Shown here: positions 58,823-64,000 of the stretch, piece after piece
Layout: each line of letters begins with the position of its first letter
Numbering within the stretch: position 1 is the stretch's first letter
Source of the DNA: Felis catus
Taxonomy: Eukaryota
Length of the DNA stretch: 64,000 bases
NCBI RefSeq assembly: GCF_018350175.1
Contig: NC_058369.1
Coordinates: forward strand, 1,738,001-1,802,000
Direction: 5' to 3'
The notes under the pieces: generated by a model
Told to the model about the DNA's origin: nothing
The model's database searches: none
What the model saw: only the letters and a program-made list of their open reading frames with translations
Position numbers and translations under genes: made by a program

Positions 58823-60514
58823 CGAGCGTCTCACCCACGAGAGTCCCTTTGAAATCATTGCTTTTCAAAAGGGAGAGGAGGTGGAGGGGTGCTGGGAAAG
58901 CCAGCTCAGTTTGGGGTTTTCAAGTCACCCAGGTTGGCGCGCACAGTTTGTACTGCAGACTTACAGGAGCCCTCTAGAGCCAGCAAACAGACTGGTTTCA
59001 TGGGGGCCAACTGTCCAGGACAAGTTTACGTAGGGCCCACCAGGTGCCGGCAATGCCGACGGTCGTCCTCTGGGGGTGTGCCGGGCACTGCGGGGGGGGG
59101 GGGGGGTTGACATCCCTGGCCCCAGCCCCTTGAGCTGTGACAAACCCCCACCCCCGCCACATCCCCAGACACTGCCCGGTCCCCGAGGGGAAGCACTGAC
59201 CGCAGGAGACCCCTCAGCGTCCTGGGACGGAAGCTGGGTGGGCTTGCAGCCCGGCGCCCAGGAGCCTGGGGGTGCAGGGACGGGAACAGACCCCCGTTTC
59301 CATCCGCTGCTGCCCTGCATCCCAAAGCTCCATCCACTCCCGGGGGCTTTCTCCAAGTCACGACTTATGCTAACTCTGTGCTTAATTGCCGTTTTTTTTC
59401 TCCCCCTCAATGCACCTCTGACAGCAATGTTCAGAAAGATCCTATTTCTACCTCGTGTGGGATCGGGCAGTAATTAAGCGTGACACACTTCTTGTCAAGG
59501 CGCACGGAGAAGCTGCCAGCTTCGGGGAGGAGACGTTGACAGCCGCTCCTTTTCTTCCCCTCATCCCACTCTGCCAGCGGTTCCAACACAAAGTTTCTGG
59601 AGCTTTCCTGAACACTTAGGCTGGGTGTGGGGCCGCTCGGGGACGGACACACCAGACAGAAGAAATGAGATTATGTGGGAAGACCGAAGACATATGTAGA
59701 TGTTTCCAGAACGTATGGCTGGTATTCATGTGCCAGCCAGTGCCTCTCAGAGCAGGGTTCTCCAAACAGATGCATCAGCACCACGTGGGCTGCCCATGTG
59801 AAGGCCAGACCGATGGGGGCTGGCGAAGCAGCATCCCCGGCCCCCACCTGCTCCATACCAGGAGTGTGGTTGCCACGGCCACAGCCATCCTGACGCAGAC
59901 CGGTATCCCCAGGGCAAGGTCGCCCGGGCGAGCCCAGAGGAGCCTCACGTGCCCTCGGAGATGCGTGCTAACCTCGTGCTCACGAGAGGGGTGCTCCCCA
60001 GGGCAGCCACAAACCTGGAAACTGGGTCTCTCCACCCATGGATGGAGCAGGACGCCTGTAGAGTGGGGTCCCCAGGAAGTCCCTGCTGACACAGAGCACT
60101 GGGGTGGGGGCCAGGACGAGCCGCTGGAGGGACAACTTCCCCTGCCTGCAGCAGTTATAAAGGGAGGCCCCGGGGGTTACCCAAGGGAGAATGGGTGGAC
60201 TCTCAGAACACACTAGAGAAGGAACATAGAATAGTCTCCCTGTTCTCGAGAGGCCAGGAGTCCAGGCTGGCCCCTCAGGGGAGGGTTATGGGAGATGAAA
60301 ACAAGGGAGAGAAAATACAGAACCAGCCCAGAGATTCACTGTTTCTGGAATCGTCTGTGATCTCGGACACAGAAACTGCTTCCAGCCTCGTCACACCAGG
60401 CATTGACAAGATTCACACCCAGCATGTGCCAGAGGTAGGAACTCCAGGCTGGGGGCTTCTAGAAACTGGGGGCAAGAGGGTAAGGGTGGCGCCAGAGGTC
60501 AATGCAGAGCTGAG

Positions 60515-61730
60515 CAGAGGTCACGATGTCTATTTATTCCCCACACATTATGCTTGTCACCATGGCTAGCACTCAAGAGTTAGGACACATCTTGCCAGAC
60601 GCAGGACAGACCGCGGTGGCTGGCAGTGGCCCGTCTTCCTACTAGTTACCTACGACACACACGGTACTGGGTCTGCTCGCAGACAGCCGACGACACCAGG
60701 GAACCTCGAACGATCCAGTTGTCCACGTCGCTGCTGGTACAGCGGGGCCAGTGGACCTGCCCCCCAACCCCCACCCGCCGCCCCCAGCAGAGGCCATGGG
60801 GATGTCTGAGGTGGCCTTGTGTCCTGGGCAGGTTGCCCACCCTGGAAGCAGCTCTGGTGGCACCAGGGCCCCCCGCCAGCCCCCAGCCCTGAACAGGACA
60901 GAACCTGCCAAGAACCTAGACATGTCGGCCAGCAGGGTCACCTGTGGGCAGAAGGGCAGTGGGGCTGGGACACCCAGCTGGGGACGGGCTGGAAGGTCAT
61001 GATCTGCCCCCTGGGGTCTGTCGGCCACGAGTACTGGGATGAAAGGGTCAGAGGAGATGAGATGCGTGTCCATCAAAATGCTCGATCGGAAGTCCCGGTA
61101 CCTGGTCCTGTGCGCCCCAGGACGGTCCCACCCCTGCTCCCGCTGGGGCGCGAGGCAACGGAAATTGTCATCGAGGAAAATGCATCTGAAGAGCTCCTCA
61201 CGCGAAAACCCGCAGTCCGAGGGGCAGGGCAGACACTGGCGCCCAGACCGCGGCTGGCAGTGAGCTCATCCGAGCAGGGCGCGGCTGGGGAGGCCAAGGT
61301 CGACTCAGAAGTGTCTTCTCACCGGGCTGCGGAGGCCTCTGAAGACAGACCGCGGGGGCTGCAAAACGGGGCTCTGAGAGCCACGGGTGTCCCTGACGTG
61401 GCTTGACATAAAACTGGCTGCTTCCTGGACAGGGGCTCGAGAACGACCCCCGCCCTGGAACAGTCTAAAAAATACTTTAGTGACTGGGTTTTCTGGGAGC
61501 TGGTCTGCATTCACAGCTTGCTGGCTCTGTTTCGAGAGGGGTCTGGGGGCCATGGGAGACTACAAACAGGGAAGGAAGGATGAAGGGCAAAATAAAAATA
61601 ATAAAAATCCATCTTAACATGCAGGTCCAATTTCTTTTTCTTTTTCTCTCTTGGGCAGTCCAAGGGGAGAAGACGGCAAAATGCGAGAAGGCTTCCAGTC
61701 GGTGGGAAGGAGCTGGCGATGCTGGGAGGG
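60515..61730 (-). other. SGTA: SGTA terminal, wholly non-coding 3'UTR exon
   Basis: Acceptor tgtcctctccccacag| at 61731/61730; AATAAA on minus strand at 60533-60538. Confidence 0.75.
60533..60538 (-). terminator. SGTA polyadenylation signal AATAAA
   Basis: tttatt on + strand ~1.2 kb into the terminal exon. Confidence 0.75.
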
Positions 61731-62192
61731 CTGTGGGGAGAGGACACGAGGGCCCAGTCAGGGTGTGGTGGGCCCGGTGGAGGCCAGACTTCGGGCGTGG
61801 GGATGGGGACGGCTACGGCCCAGGCGGCACCAGCCCTGTGACGCTTCAGCCTAAATCTCTGTGGTTCCGTGGCTCCACGGCCATGTTCAAGGGGGTGGGG
61901 GGAGGCAGCACCACGTCAGCACAGACACAGAACTGCGCTGTAGGTTCTGAGGCCACAGACAGGGAAACATTGGCAGAGGTGTTGTGCAGATGAGCTTACG
62001 ACATACAACAAATGCAAAATTGATCTTAACTATGTTTCGTTCTATTTTTTAAGAGTGCTAAAAAAAAAAAAAAAAACCCAAAAAAACTGGAAAAAAGTGC
62101 CCAAATAACTAACGTTAGGTGTCGTGGGCGGAGAGATCAAAGTTGTTATTCCTGCTTCTTAATATTTTTGTCTTTTAAAATCCTTAAAACTG

Positions 62193-62299
62193 TTTTTTTG
62201 TTTATTTTTTTAGTAACTTCTACACCCAGCACGGGGCTGGAGCTCCCGACCCTGAGATTAAGAGTTGCACACTCTGCGACTGAGCCAGCCAGGTGCCCC
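62193..62299 (-). mobile_element. Short CAN-SINE (tRNA-derived part only) in the SGTA last intron
   Basis: gactgagccagccaggtgcccc reverse head with T-rich tail. Confidence 0.8.
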
Positions 62300-62860
62300 C
62301 GTCCTTCAAAATTTTTAATAGAAAAAGCACGGTTAAAGGAGAAATGGGATGACAGAAATGCCCAGGCCTCTGGGCGGAAGCCCACTATGCCAGGAGGCAA
62401 GGCTAGTGGACACAGGTTGAGGCCAAGGGCCCCTAGGGGTGGCCCCGGAGCCAGCCAAGGTGGCCAGGAGCCCTCCGGGACAGCCCATTTGTCTTCCAGC
62501 TGCCCCTCATTAACATCCACTCACCACAGACACATATGCACACAAGCCCAGGGGAGCACGGGAAGCAAGGGGCCAGGGTGGCCTGTCATCCCACCCCTGG
62601 AGACCTCCCTGGCCATCGTGGTGGCCGCCCACTCTCTGCAGGCCCTCGGGCAGCAGCCCTGCCCGGGAGTGGTGGGCTTTCAGCCCCTCTCTGTATAAAA
62701 CCCACCCACAGAAGGGAACTGGGAAGGGAGAGACAGGATTCGGGCAGAAACACCTCGGAAAGGGGCCCGATGGCCCCAGACACCACCCCCAACCTCGTGC
62801 ACCCGGGCTGTCAAACAAAGGCTCTCACCCCTCACGGCCACAGTGGACTCACGTGGGCCA

Positions 62861-62975
62861 TCACTCCTGCTGGTCATCGTTGCTGGCACTGGGGGTCCGA
62901 CTTCGGATCTGACTTCGGAGCTGTTCTATCAACTCTGGATTCTGCTGCTGCATCTGCTGGGCGAACTGCTGGCCG
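62861..62975 (-). CDS. SGTA: SGTA last coding exon (Gln-rich C-terminus)
   Basis: Acceptor cctcctgcag|C then [37 protein letters not shown]; phase matches the preceding exon; not in the ORF track; donor AC|gtgagt 8 nt after the stop (62853/62852). Confidence 0.96.
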
Positions 62976-63183
62976 CTGCAGGAGGGGCGTGCCCGGGCTC
63001 AGCTGGTGGCCCCGGGGCACCCTCCCGGCCACTTCCTAGGTGCGTGCCCCCACGGGCAGTGCGGCTACTCACTGGGTCCCGGTAGCGGGGTCTTATCGAG
63101 CACCCAGGGACACAGCATTTGCGCTTTTATTCTCGAGGGCGGGCCCCCACCACCCCAGAGTCCCACCAGGCACGTCTACTCAC

Positions 63184-63273
63184 GCCTGGATGAGACTGGC
63201 CAGGTCATTCTGTGAGGGGCTGGTGCCAGGAGTCCCCAGGGGGTTGTGGCCGCCCGAAATCATCCCGGACATG
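63184..63273 (-). CDS. SGTA: SGTA penultimate coding exon (90 nt)
   Basis: Acceptor ctctctccttgcag|C, encodes [29 protein letters not shown](A), donor GC|gtgagt; matches the SGTA C-terminal region. Confidence 0.95.
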
Positions 63274-63586
63274 CTGCAAGGAGAGAGCCCACGATGTGCA
63301 CAGACAGCCTGGCCTGCCCGTTCCGGCTGGGTCCTGCTCCTCCTCCTCCAGCTGCTCTCTGCCGCCACCTGGCGGCCCCTCGGGGCCCAGAGCTGCCCAG
63401 CCCGCCCGTCCTCTGACAGCCCGTCCTCTGACAGCAGCTGCTGTGAACGCCACCGGCTCACTCGGGAACACTCGTTTCTGGCTTAAAGACAGTGGTCCTC
63501 ACGACTGGGGGGCTCCTGGCAGTGAGGGTGGGGGCTGACCAGGCGTGCTGTTTAGCCCCCACGGCACCTGGTACACCCCTCCCTCC

Positions 63587-63619
<33 letters not shown>

Positions 63620-63689
63620 CCGAGTGACTGCCCCAATGTTAGCAGTGCTGGGTTCAGAAATTTTGCTTTAAGATTTAACCACAGTCCGG

Positions 63690-64000
63690 CAATTCTTAAG
63701 TGACACAGAATCACCACACGACACAGCAAGTCTACTCCTGGGCGTTGGCCCAGAAGAACTGAACACAGGCGCTCACACACGACGCTCAGGGAGGGAACCA
63801 GACACGAGAGGCCACACGGGGTGTGAGTCCACGTGTGTGAAACATCCGGAACAGGCTCGTCCATGGATGGGAAGGGGGTTTGTGGGGGCCAGGGACCACG
63901 GGGGGGGGGGGTTAAAATGCCTATAATGGGGACAAGGACTCTTTTTGGGATAATGGAATGTCCTGAAATTAATCAGCGGTGATGGCTGTACAACACGTTG
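63690..64000 (+). mobile_element. Old L1M fragment in an SGTA intron (runs off the window)
   Basis: Same core as the 5.5, 20.7 and 29.1 kb copies; ttttgggataatggaatgtcctgaaatta motif. Confidence 0.7.

Noticed and set aside
63404..63435. 15-bp tandem duplication in an SGTA intron
   Set aside because: Ordinary slippage duplication with no evident motif

Overview
Mammalian genomic DNA, almost certainly from a felid (about 18 CAN-SINE/SINEC_Fc-type elements). It is GC-rich and syntenic with the human 19p13.3 block GNG7-DIRAS1-SLC39A3-SGTA, with all four genes on the minus strand. Positions 1-33.3 kb are the 5' non-coding intron(s) of a gene inferred from synteny to be GNG7 (first exon and CpG-island promoter at ~33.3-33.8 kb; no coding exon in the window). 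DIRAS1 is complete (single coding exon 38298-38894, 198 aa). SLC39A3/ZIP3 is complete (coding exons 53178-53387 and 49397-50131, 314 aa). The last three exons of SGTA lie at 60.5-63.3 kb. The rest is SINEs, old L1M, MER20, MER58, MLT1, MIR and L2 fragments, a 52-bp minisatellite and a U6 fragment. Nearly all other ORFs in the track are GC-content noise, and I found no new protein-coding system. The most unusual signal is that dispersed copies of ancient repeats (L1M 3' ends, MER20) are far more similar to each other than their age predicts and share GC-ward derived bases, suggesting regional concerted evolution. Other leads: a 60-bp duplication that doubles an RE1/REST-like site, a possible SLC39A3-DIRAS1 read-through frame, and uORFs in SLC39A3. 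Repeat family names, repeat boundaries and orthologue comparisons are by eye and from memory, not from database searches.
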